Source of the DNA: a virus
Taxonomy: Duplodnaviria; Caudoviricetes
Direction: 5' to 3' (one strand)
DNA: 37,123 nucleotides
IMG/VR virus record: IMGVR_UViG_3300013014_001932
Coordinates: 1 to 37,123 of that record
The notes below the pieces were generated by a model. That model was not told the DNA's origin. It saw only the letters and a list, made by a program, of their open reading frames with translations, and did no database searches. This document shows positions 1 to 7,990 of the stretch, piece by piece (the stretch's first letter is position 1; each line of letters opens with the position of its first letter). A program made the position numbers and the translations under genes.

Positions 1-309
1 AACATTTGATGTGTCTGCTCCAAATCTAGAATCACTTATAAATGAATTAATTGTTTGATCGTTAGGGCCTGGAGGAAGCCACCCATCATTATCACCTGCA
101 AATAAAAAGATTGCTGTACCTACTTGTTTCATATTTGACGCGCAAGCAGCTTGAGAAGATTTTTTTTTAACAGCTGCATATCCTGGAAATCCTAAAGATC
201 CAACTAATGCAATTATAACTATTACAACCGCCATTTCAACTAATGTAAAACCAAAATGAGTACGTCTTAGTAGTCTTATATCCTCTAAGAATGAGTTTGG
301 CGTTGACAT
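1..309 (-). CDS. Prepilin-type N-terminal cleavage/methylation protein (DUF1559-like, PVC-type pseudopilin); partial, runs off the left edge
   Basis: Not in the ORF track; translated by hand: MSTPNSFLEDIRLLRRTHFG|FTLVEMAVVIVIIALVGSLGFPGYAAVKKKSSQAACASNMKQVGTAIFLFAGDNDGWLPPG... It has the G|FTLVE class III signal, a hydrophobic helix and a CxSNMKQ(V)G..A motif. AGGAG SD lies upstream of the ATG (cat at 307-309). Confidence 0.85.
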   Translation of the reverse strand, partial: MSTPNSFLEDIRLLRRTHFGFTLVEMAVVIVIIALVGSLGFPGYAAVKKKSSQAACASNMKQVGTAIFLFAGDNDGWLPPGPNDQTINSFISDSRFGADTSNV

Positions 310-2402
310 TTTTTTCTCCTAATAACTTTTAATGTTATTAAACTAGCTACTGCAAATGCCATGAGCGAACCAGTAGAGGGTTCAGGTATAACACCAACTG
401 TACCGTCCATAGTAAAATTACTAACATTCCACTTGAGGTCTGTACTAGGAGTGTTGAGATTAGGAAGAGCAGCTTCTAATACTGCTACATCAAATGAGCT
501 CATATCAGCTGAACCCCAATCAAATAAATCATATGTATTGCCATCTGCATATGTATAATTATCTAGTGTCTCAAATGTAAATGCTGTATTTGCTCCTAAT
601 GTTAATAAGCTAGTTACGTTGATTGCGTCATAGGTAATACCTCTGGTAGTTGGTGCACCTAATTGGAATTGGAATGTTCCGTTGCTTCCATTTAACTCAT
701 AAGCAGATAACAGACCAGGACTATTGCCAGGGGCCACAGCTCCACCATTTAGAGTCAAACCTTGCACACTACCAGAGCCACCCAAAGTGCCTCCTGTGTT
801 AACTAACACATCTCCTGCCAAACCATTCACAGTGAGCAAACTGCCATTGATGGTGGAACCACCAGAGTTGCCTCCAGCATACACTGTGGCTATGCCAGAG
901 TTTACAACTGTCTGATTCACAGATCCATATATCAATAGGGAGCCTCCATTCACAGTGGCTTTGGAAGTGCTACCTCCAGCTCTTACATCCAGAGTGCTGT
1001 CTGTGGCCACAGTTGAATCACCTGCACTGCCACTGTTGATAAACATGCCTCCCACAAGTGTAGTTGCTCCCACTGTGCCTCCAGCATCCACCAGCAAGGT
1101 TCCTCTATCGACTGTAGCCAAACCTGCTAACCCTTTGACTCTCAAAGTACCGCCTGATACTATGGCAGTACTAGAAGCAATAGAACCTGCAGTGTCCACA
1201 ACAAATGTGCCTTCTCGTATGGTAGTATTTCCATTGTAAGCATTGACTGCTTGAAAGGTGGCTGTGCCAGTGCCTGTCTTGACCAATCCTCTGAGTGCAG
1301 CTGCTGTATTAAGAAGCGATCCTTTGAAGAGGAAATCACCAGCTCCTCCCACTGTACTTTCATCTGCAGTGGTGCCTCCAATGTCCAATGTGCCATCAAA
1401 CTGCACAGTTAGATTGGCGCTGTTGTTGATCAATCTTCTACCTCCACCTGTGGCTGCAGATGATGTGAGCAAGCTTGCAGCATTAGTAAACTGTAACAAT
1501 GTTGCATATCCACCATGATTGGTGAAACTCATGTTGCCTCCATCATATTTGTTCACAACATAAGTGGTTGTAGCAACAGAATTAGATCCTGCCAGGTCCA
1601 AAGTGCTCATGTTGGCCAGGCTGCTAGACCCTTTGAAACTATTGAGAACAGATAACCCGTTAGTTGAATTGACTACTAGTTTTGAAGTACCATTTGACAA
1701 GGTCACCAGGCCTTGACCTACACCAGTGCCACCATTCACAACAACTGTGCCTCCACCTGTTATTTCAAAACCACCAGCCAGAGTGTTGGTACCATTCATG
1801 GTGACAGTACCTGCTCCTATGTATTTAAGTACACCAGCAGTGGACAGACCTCCTTGTTTCAATTCATTGTTGAATGTAAATGATCCATCTCCTGCCAGAG
1901 TCAATGTTCTGGATGTACTAGAAGATGCAGTAGTAAGAGAAGCTATATTGTTGAATACCAAGCCACCTCCTGCAGTTTGAAACCAAGTGTTACTATTATT
2001 GGCATTCTCCACTAATATGTTGAATGTTTGAATGGCAGTAGAATTGTTAGTAATGCCACCACTAGATGATAATGTCTGTGCACCATTAAAACTATTGATT
2101 AAATATGGGTTTGCGTTTGTGAGAAATGTTATGTTTCTTGCAGCTCTGGTAGAAGTCAATACAACAGTATTGTTATTGGCTCCAAAATTACCAAACTGAA
2201 TTTCATCTGTTGTAGTACTAGAACTAGTTGACGAAGGTTGTATTCCATTAGTCCAGCTAGTTGGTGATGTCCAATTTGTTCCAGTATTGTTCCAAAGAAA
2301 TACTACTGCTTGAGATTCTTGGACAGCTCCAGACATTAAAAAAGCCGCAATTAATTTTGCGGCTGTGCTTTTTAGTAACCTTTTTGTTAGGTTTATTTTC
2401 AT
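285..2402 (-). CDS. Secreted beta-helix protein with autotransporter-associated beta-strand repeats and a C-terminal PEP-CTERM sorting signal
   Basis: N-terminal signal peptide (ending ...ESQA). Repeats GLVKTGTGTATFQAVNAYNGNTTIREG and GVLKYIGAGTVTMNGTNT, plus GGTLGGSG..V...APGNSPG. C-terminus VIPEPST + hydrophobic helix + RRKK. Confidence 0.9.
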   Translation of the reverse strand: MKINLTKRLLKSTAAKLIAAFLMSGAVQESQAVVFLWNNTGTNWTSPTSWTNGIQPSSTSSSTTTDEIQFGNFGANNNTVVLTSTRAARNITFLTNANPYLINSFNGAQTLSSSGGITNNSTAIQTFNILVENANNSNTWFQTAGGGLVFNNIASLTTASSSTSRTLTLAGDGSFTFNNELKQGGLSTAGVLKYIGAGTVTMNGTNTLAGGFEITGGGTVVVNGGTGVGQGLVTLSNGTSKLVVNSTNGLSVLNSFKGSSSLANMSTLDLAGSNSVATTTYVVNKYDGGNMSFTNHGGYATLLQFTNAASLLTSSAATGGGRRLINNSANLTVQFDGTLDIGGTTADESTVGGAGDFLFKGSLLNTAAALRGLVKTGTGTATFQAVNAYNGNTTIREGTFVVDTAGSIASSTAIVSGGTLRVKGLAGLATVDRGTLLVDAGGTVGATTLVGGMFINSGSAGDSTVATDSTLDVRAGGSTSKATVNGGSLLIYGSVNQTVVNSGIATVYAGGNSGGSTINGSLLTVNGLAGDVLVNTGGTLGGSGSVQGLTLNGGAVAPGNSPGLLSAYELNGSNGTFQFQLGAPTTRGITYDAINVTSLLTLGANTAFTFETLDNYTYADGNTYDLFDWGSADMSSFDVAVLEAALPNLNTPSTDLKWNVSNFTMDGTVGVIPEPSTGSLMAFAVASLITLKVIRRKKCQRQTHS
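2338..2364 (-). terminator. Intrinsic-terminator-like hairpin inside the 5' end of the PEP-CTERM gene
   Basis: Minus strand reads AGCCGCAA-aattaa-TTGCGGCT and continues into a run of six T. Confidence 0.35.
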
Positions 2403-2411
2403 GATATTAGT

Positions 2412-2942
2412 TTACTCCTTCTTGTTTTCATCTAAATGTATAGACACCTCTTTATAAGTTTTGTTCATTTTATTTTTCTTTGTTTTTTGAACATATGTCC
2501 AATCATTTAACATAAAATCCTCTATTACTATTATAGGGTAAGTTTTATTTATATACAACTTTATTTTTTCTTTGTATTTTTTTCTATCTCCAATTTGACA
2601 TATAGGAGATGTGCCCCAATTAGGGTCATACATCCATAAGTTATTGTTATACTCAAAAACACAAACTGCATGACCAAGTATAGCTTCTTTATCATCTTTA
2701 TAGCCAAAAGTAAAACCATAAACACTATTCCAAGAGTCTGAGGTAGTTACTAAAAGAAGATTGCATCTAGAAGCGTAAATCATTGCATCAACAAAACAAG
2801 AATTCGGAAGATTTGTTATTGAGTTATATTTTTTTAATTCAAAACCAATTTTTAAGCAGGAGATCCAAGATACGATTAATGCTAACCCAACAAGTAATGT
2901 TTTTGTTTTCCAATTCCAGAGTTTATTTAGTTTGTCTATCAT
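2412..2942 (-). CDS. Membrane-anchored protein with a putative transglutaminase-like/papain-fold Cys-His-Asp triad
   Basis: N-terminal hydrophobic segment LLVGLALIVSWISCL; motifs NSCFVDA ... GHAVCVF ... WMYDP. Confidence 0.55.
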   Translation of the reverse strand: MIDKLNKLWNWKTKTLLVGLALIVSWISCLKIGFELKKYNSITNLPNSCFVDAMIYASRCNLLLVTTSDSWNSVYGFTFGYKDDKEAILGHAVCVFEYNNNLWMYDPNWGTSPICQIGDRKKYKEKIKLYINKTYPIIVIEDFMLNDWTYVQKTKKNKMNKTYKEVSIHLDENKKE

Positions 2943-2968
2943 CCAATCTATATTTTAAATAAAGATCT

Positions 2969-3613
2969 TTACGAGCCATTTGTACTATTTACACCATATT
3001 CATAACTATCAGAATCTTCAGTAATCCATTTTGGACTGTTTTCTGAAGTATAAATATGAGAATTTATCTTTCTTTGTAATATTAATTCATTTGGTTTTGT
3101 TGCAAAACTTGGATCAAATACTCTAATTCTATTATTGGGTTGTATTGCAAAATTACCATTATCAAGCTTTATAACATGACCCGCTTTGTGCTGATCTGGT
3201 TTTTCACTAAATCCAAAATTTAATTCATTATAATCACTATGCGCCCAATCAAGAGTAAACAAATAACGCCCCATGTATTCTTTGCCACTTCTTCCAGTAT
3301 ATTTAACTACTTTATTTTGTAATAAATAAAAAGTTGTTACAGCTATATGATAACTAAAACTATCCCACAATTCTAATTCATCTAATTCCATATCTGGCGC
3401 ATCTTCTTTAGAGCAAAACGAACTTATCGGAGCATGCCACCAAATACCACCATCTTCCATAAGAAAATTAAAAAGTGGAACTTGACTTGGCAAACTTGTA
3501 ACACCAAAAATTAAACATTTATATTTTTTATCAAAACTATCTTCTTGATTTCTAAGAAAGTTCCCGCGCACGAAGCATTCGATTGGAGGTATGTTAGTAT
3601 TTAAAAAACTCAT
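2969..3613 (-). CDS. Conserved hypothetical phage protein
   Basis: 214-aa ORF with motifs LWDSFSY, GRYLFTLDW, HK..H...LDNGNFAIQPNNR, which I recall from aquatic phage hypotheticals. Preceded by a GTGTAAT motif. Confidence 0.65.
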   Translation of the reverse strand: MSFLNTNIPPIECFVRGNFLRNQEDSFDKKYKCLIFGVTSLPSQVPLFNFLMEDGGIWWHAPISSFCSKEDAPDMELDELELWDSFSYHIAVTTFYLLQNKVVKYTGRSGKEYMGRYLFTLDWAHSDYNELNFGFSEKPDQHKAGHVIKLDNGNFAIQPNNRIRVFDPSFATKPNELILQRKINSHIYTSENSPKWITEDSDSYEYGVNSTNGS

Positions 3614-3629
3614 AATTTCTCTATATAAG

Positions 3630-3644
3630 ATTACACCGTGTAAT
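3630..3644. promoter_or_regulatory. Back-to-back GTGTAAT motifs (ATTACAC-C-GTGTAAT) between divergent genes
   Basis: Perfect inverted repeat of the recurrent motif, lying between the starts at 3613(-) and 3687(+). Confidence 0.7.
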
Positions 3645-3686
3645 GACTTTTATAGCTTAAATAAGGAAAGCTACCTAACATTAACT

Positions 3687-3968
3687 ATGAAAAAAACATT
3701 CAAAATAACAGATAGAAATATATTCGAAGGCGAAAAAGCAAATCCACAAAACTGTGCAATTGCTAAAGCCATTAAAAAAGAAATGAAAAGTAAAATACAA
3801 GATGTTTCTGTATTACCTTCTCATGTAACTCTTAGAATAGATAATAAAATGTTTATTGCTGAAATGCCTAAATATGGTTCAGATTTTATCAAAAGATTTG
3901 ATCATGGCCAAGCAGTAAATAATTTTAAATTGAATTTAAATTTCAAAAAAGGTTACGCTTTAGTTTAA
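3687..3968 (+). CDS. Hypothetical protein (93 aa)
   Basis: The track start at 3591 overlaps the divergent gene, so ATG 3687 (MKKTFKIT...) is more plausible. Contains NCAIAKAI. Confidence 0.65.
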   Translation: MKKTFKITDRNIFEGEKANPQNCAIAKAIKKEMKSKIQDVSVLPSHVTLRIDNKMFIAEMPKYGSDFIKRFDHGQAVNNFKLNLNFKKGYALV

Positions 3969-3970
3969 TT

Positions 3971-3992
3971 ATTTTATTCTTAAGAATAAAAT
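3971..3992. repeat. Perfect 22-bp palindrome ATTTTATTCTTAAGAATAAAAT
   Basis: Self-complementary, intergenic, just after the stop at 3968 and before the GTGTAA at 4013. Confidence 0.6.
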
Positions 3993-4012
3993 GGTTATTT
4001 AAGATATTTGGG

Positions 4013-4019
4013 GTGTAAT
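4013..4019 (+). promoter_or_regulatory. GTGTAAT putative late-promoter motif upstream of phoH
   Basis: Recurrent motif, 24 nt before ATG 4037. Confidence 0.6.
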
Positions 4020-4036
4020 TATAGGTAGTAAGTTTA

Positions 4037-4756
4037 ATGTCTAAAAAAAATAAACAAAAAGAAGACAAGTCAGTTCCTGTTCCTCAAAGAGATAAAATTG
4101 AAGGTTTCTTAACTATTCGCGAATTACAATGGACAGATAATCAAAAGAAGTTTATTCAATTATTGCAAGATAAGAACACTAAAATGGTTTTCTGTAAAGG
4201 CCCAGCAGGAACAGCTAAAAGTTTACTTAGCGTATATGCAGCTTTAAATGCTATAAATCAGAAAAAAATTGGTGAAATATTTTATATTCGTAATCCAGTG
4301 GAAAGTTCTTCTCATAATCTAGGATTTCTTAAGGGCGATCTTCATAGCAAATTAGATCCTTATCTCCAACCATTAATGGATAAACTTCATGAATTACTTC
4401 CTAAAAATCAAGTAGAAATGTTATTAAAACAAGAACGTGTTAAAGGATTACCAGTAGGATTTCTTCGTGGTTTGAGTATTAATGGTAGTTATATTATATG
4501 TGACGAAGCTCAGAATTTAAGTGTTCATGATTTATTATTAATCACTACAAGAATGGGTAGGTTCAGTAAATTGATATTAATTGGAGATATTCGTCAAGCA
4601 GACATTAAAAATAGTGGTTTTGAAAAAATATATAATTTATTTGACGACAAAAAAAGTAACGATAAGGGAATATGCACATTTAAATTCGGTAGAGAAGACA
4701 TTATGAGAAATGATATTTTAGCTTATATTATAGAAAAATTTGAAGAATTGAATTAA
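4037..4756 (+). CDS. phoH: PhoH-family ATPase
   Basis: GPAGTAKS Walker A, LGFLKGD..KLDPY, FLRGLS, IICDEAQN, TRMG..SKLILIGD..QAD. Confidence 0.95.
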   Translation: MSKKNKQKEDKSVPVPQRDKIEGFLTIRELQWTDNQKKFIQLLQDKNTKMVFCKGPAGTAKSLLSVYAALNAINQKKIGEIFYIRNPVESSSHNLGFLKGDLHSKLDPYLQPLMDKLHELLPKNQVEMLLKQERVKGLPVGFLRGLSINGSYIICDEAQNLSVHDLLLITTRMGRFSKLILIGDIRQADIKNSGFEKIYNLFDDKKSNDKGICTFKFGREDIMRNDILAYIIEKFEELN

Positions 4757-4763
4757 TAATGTT

Positions 4764-4792
4764 TTGAATTTTATCAATATATATAGTATAAT
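4764..4792 (+). promoter_or_regulatory. Sigma70-type promoter, probably giving a leaderless transcript
   Basis: TTGAAT (4764-4769), 17-bp spacer, TATAAT (4787-4792); ATG at 4800 with no SD. Confidence 0.65.
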
Positions 4793-4799
4793 ATATATT

Positions 4800-5294
4800 A
4801 TGTTAAAGATATATTGTCAAGATTGTGGATCTCCTACCTCGTATACCAGTTTAAAACCTAAATTTTGCAGTTCATGTGGAAAATCGTTTGACAAAACTAT
4901 TGTAGTTAATAAAGTGCAGATGGAAAAACCAACATTTACAAAACCTCAAAGACCTCAAAATATTCAAAAACAAGTCAAATCAAATATAAATGAAGATTAT
5001 GATTACGATAATGAAGATTCGGATAATATTAATTACGTACCAAATATAAATAAAATTGATATTGAAATAAGCGAAGTTAGACCTACTAAAATTAGAATGG
5101 GAGATATAATTTCAAATCTTCCAGAAGAAGCTTTCTCTAGCACTGAAAATGTTAAGTCAACTAAAACAAAAAAAGGTAAAGCTGTACCAAAAAAGAACAA
5201 GCAAAAAAATTCAGAATTCTTAAATCAATTTAAGGCCGAAGCTGGAACTTTAAGACCATCTTATGCAAGAAATAGGAAAGAAATAGATGGCTAA
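4800..5294 (+). CDS. Zinc-ribbon protein
   Basis: MLKIYCQDCG...KPKFCSSCG (two CxxC), followed by acidic and basic low-complexity tracts. The track start at 4764 is a TTG inside the -35 box. Confidence 0.75.
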   Translation: MLKIYCQDCGSPTSYTSLKPKFCSSCGKSFDKTIVVNKVQMEKPTFTKPQRPQNIQKQVKSNINEDYDYDNEDSDNINYVPNINKIDIEISEVRPTKIRMGDIISNLPEEAFSSTENVKSTKTKKGKAVPKKNKQKNSEFLNQFKAEAGTLRPSYARNRKEIDG

Positions 5295-5967
5295 GAAAAC
5301 AAAGTTTGAAGATAGAATTGATGAAATAAACACTGAAATTTTAAAAAGAAAAAATAAGTGGAATTTGACAGCTATTGCTTGGATGGATTTTGCAGATGTT
5401 TCTCAAATTTTAAGATTTCATATTTATAGAAAATGGCATTTATATAATCCAACAAAACCATTGGCACCTTGGGTTAATCGTATTATAAGTAATCAAATTA
5501 AAAATTTAATACGAAACAATTATAGCAACTATACCAGACCTTGCCTCAAATGTTCTGCAGCAGAAGCAGATGATGGTTGTGCAATTTATCAAAAACAATG
5601 CGCGAATTGTCCTCTTTATGCAAACTGGTCAAAAAGCAAAAAGAATGCGCATGATACTAAATTAACTTTAAGTTTAGAAAATCATGTTCAAGAAATACAT
5701 GAGATTCCAAACGAAAATTTTAACATTGAACAAAGCGTTTCAAATACTCATAAGAAAATGGAGCAAGTTTTAAAACCTATAGAATGGAAAGTATATACTT
5801 ATCTTTATATAGAAAACAAGAATGAAGAACAAACAGCGAAATTAATGGGCTACAAAACTACAGAAAAAAATAGAATGGCAGGATATAAGCAGATTAAAAA
5901 CATTAAAAAAGCAATCATAACAAAAGTTAAAAAACATTTATACAATGGAGATATTGATATATCATGA
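5287..5967 (+). CDS. Phage-encoded sigma70/ECF-like RNA polymerase sigma factor with a Cys-rich insertion
   Basis: Region-2-like DFADVSQ...KWHLYNPTKPLAPWVNRIISNQIKNLIR; region-4-like LKPIEWKVYTYLYIENKNEEQTAKLMG; CLKC-x8-C-x6-C-x2-C between them. Confidence 0.75.
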   Translation: MAKKTKFEDRIDEINTEILKRKNKWNLTAIAWMDFADVSQILRFHIYRKWHLYNPTKPLAPWVNRIISNQIKNLIRNNYSNYTRPCLKCSAAEADDGCAIYQKQCANCPLYANWSKSKKNAHDTKLTLSLENHVQEIHEIPNENFNIEQSVSNTHKKMEQVLKPIEWKVYTYLYIENKNEEQTAKLMGYKTTEKNRMAGYKQIKNIKKAIITKVKKHLYNGDIDIS

Positions 5968-7058
5968 GCGAAGATATCCTCATTCTAACAGAAGAGCAAC
6001 AATTAAAACTATTAAATGAATGGAATAATCGTACCGATAATCCACCATCATTAGTAGAATTAGTTCAATTAGCTTTTGGAAGAGATGATTTAGATGGCAG
6101 AAGCAAAGAGGGAAAAGCTGTTAAAAATTTTTTAGCTAGTAGACAAATTAAACCTAAGAAGAGTCACGAGTATCAAGCTAAAGGGCTTATTGAATTATCT
6201 ATAGAACAAAAAGAATACATTAGCAATAATTGTCATACAATGACAGGGCTTGAGATGTCAAAGATACTATTTAAAAACGAATCTTTAACTAATTTATGCC
6301 AAGAAACTAGAAGCGTTTTGGAGTATATGAAAAATATACCCAGTAATATTAAATTCAATAATACAGAAAACGAAAACGCAGCAACAGAAGGATATAAACC
6401 ACCTCGTAGTGAAGAAAGAATGATAGTTAAAATTAATAAATATGTTTTAGATGGTATTGATAAAAACAAACTAACTCATAAACATAAAAAAGAAATCAAT
6501 TCACTCATTAGCTATATGAATACTCATAGATTTATTCACCAAATGAATATTTACGACAATGAAGCTGATAGAGAACTTTTTGAAAGTAGTTTTGTTAGAT
6601 ATACTTACGACAAAGGAGACCTTTCTCAAGAAGAAGTAGACCAGTATATTGTGCTTTGTACAGAAGTTGTTATATCTTCTAACATTCAACAAACAATTAA
6701 TGTACTACAACATCAAATTGAACTTTCTATGCAAGAAGATGGTAAGATCCCAATGGCTCTTGTCGAAGCTAGTAGTACAGCTAGAAAAGAATATAATGAT
6801 TGCGTAAATCGTCAGCAAAAATTAAACAATGATCTCAAGGTAAAACGTAGCGATAAACTAAGCAAGCAAGTAAAAGAAACCGCATCAGTTATAAATCTTG
6901 TTCAGATGTGGAAAGAAGAAGAGAGTAGAGCTAAACTTTTAAAAATGGCAGAAATGAGAAAGAAAACTATTGAAAAAGAGATAGATAGATTATCTACAAT
7001 GGACGAAGTAAAATGCAAGATATTAGGAATCTCTAGAGATGAGATTTTAAATGGATGA
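5964..7058 (+). CDS. Hypothetical helical/coiled-coil protein (terminase small subunit candidate by position)
   Basis: ATGA overlaps at both ends; charged C-terminal coiled coil; two genes upstream of TerL. Confidence 0.55.
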   Translation: MSEDILILTEEQQLKLLNEWNNRTDNPPSLVELVQLAFGRDDLDGRSKEGKAVKNFLASRQIKPKKSHEYQAKGLIELSIEQKEYISNNCHTMTGLEMSKILFKNESLTNLCQETRSVLEYMKNIPSNIKFNNTENENAATEGYKPPRSEERMIVKINKYVLDGIDKNKLTHKHKKEINSLISYMNTHRFIHQMNIYDNEADRELFESSFVRYTYDKGDLSQEEVDQYIVLCTEVVISSNIQQTINVLQHQIELSMQEDGKIPMALVEASSTARKEYNDCVNRQQKLNNDLKVKRSDKLSKQVKETASVINLVQMWKEEESRAKLLKMAEMRKKTIEKEIDRLSTMDEVKCKILGISRDEILNG

Positions 7059-7990
7059 GCGTAATATGCAAAGTAGATGGTAAAGAGTTCAAAGATGAAA
7101 AAAGTCTTCATCTTGCTCTTCGCGGATATGGTTTAAATAAAGAAAAATACTATCATACTTATTTTCCTAAAAAAGATTTATTAACTGGCGACGTTATCCT
7201 ATTTAAAACAAAAGAACAGTATTTAAATAGCGATTTTAATGACAAGAATAATATGAAGAAATGGCTGAAACAACAGCCATTAGAAGAAGCTCAAGACTAC
7301 TGCAAGAATCTTTTAGTAAAAAGAAAAAACGAAAAGAACCTAATATATTCTCCAACTCAAATAGAGCTTAGAACAATAATGAGTCCATCTATTATTTCTT
7401 ATAATCAAATATTTGAGGACTACTATCAATTATGCTCTGAAGTAGGATTAGAAAATAAATATATTCATCCAAATATAATAACCAATCAATTTAAAAATAA
7501 ATTATCCTCACAAGATACCATTTACGTAGATACAAGAGAACAGAATTGGCTCAAATTTAATATACCATTTGAAATTAAGACTTTATCTTTTGGAGACTAT
7601 GCTTGTAGTAATGACAATTGCGGTTGTTATATAGAAAGAAAAAGCTTAAGTGATTTCATTAGTACTTTAAGCGCGGGTAATTTTGATAGGTTTAAAAATG
7701 AGATAGATAAGTCTAGAAAAAACAATTGCAATCTAATTGTTATCGTAGAGGAAAAACTATCTAATGCTTTGAGCTTCCAATACCTTCCTCATATTAGTAA
7801 AAAGATTAAAGCCACTCCAGAATATATCTTTCATAATGTAAGATCTCTTATTCAAGAGCATAGTAATCTACAATTTTTATTTGTAGATGGCAGAGAAGAG
7901 ATGAAAAGAGCAATTGAATCTATATTTGCAAGTAAATGTTTTTATAGTAAAGTAGATCTTCAATTAGCGTATGATATGAAGCTGTTATGA
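7055..7990 (+). CDS. ERCC4/XPF-domain structure-specific nuclease
   Basis: IYVDTREQ, LSFGDY, YIERKSLSDF (GDxnERKxxxD), RF..E in the C-terminal half. Confidence 0.85.
   Translation: MSVICKVDGKEFKDEKSLHLALRGYGLNKEKYYHTYFPKKDLLTGDVILFKTKEQYLNSDFNDKNNMKKWLKQQPLEEAQDYCKNLLVKRKNEKNLIYSPTQIELRTIMSPSIISYNQIFEDYYQLCSEVGLENKYIHPNIITNQFKNKLSSQDTIYVDTREQNWLKFNIPFEIKTLSFGDYACSNDNCGCYIERKSLSDFISTLSAGNFDRFKNEIDKSRKNNCNLIVIVEEKLSNALSFQYLPHISKKIKATPEYIFHNVRSLIQEHSNLQFLFVDGREEMKRAIESIFASKCFYSKVDLQLAYDMKLL

Noticed and set aside
160-168. T9 tract in the pilin-like gene as a phase-variation site
   Set aside because: It encodes Lys-Lys-Lys in frame, and such runs are common in this AT-rich genome.
361-1980. Plus-strand ORFs of 60-95 aa (and the minus-strand 1160-1399) overlapping the PEP-CTERM gene
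   Set aside because: Shadow frames of a GC-richer, Gly/Thr/Val-rich gene; no RBS or recognisable motifs.
3591-3686. Track N-terminal extension of the 125-aa ORF
   Set aside because: It overlaps the divergent gene start and the palindromic promoter; ATG 3687 is preferred.
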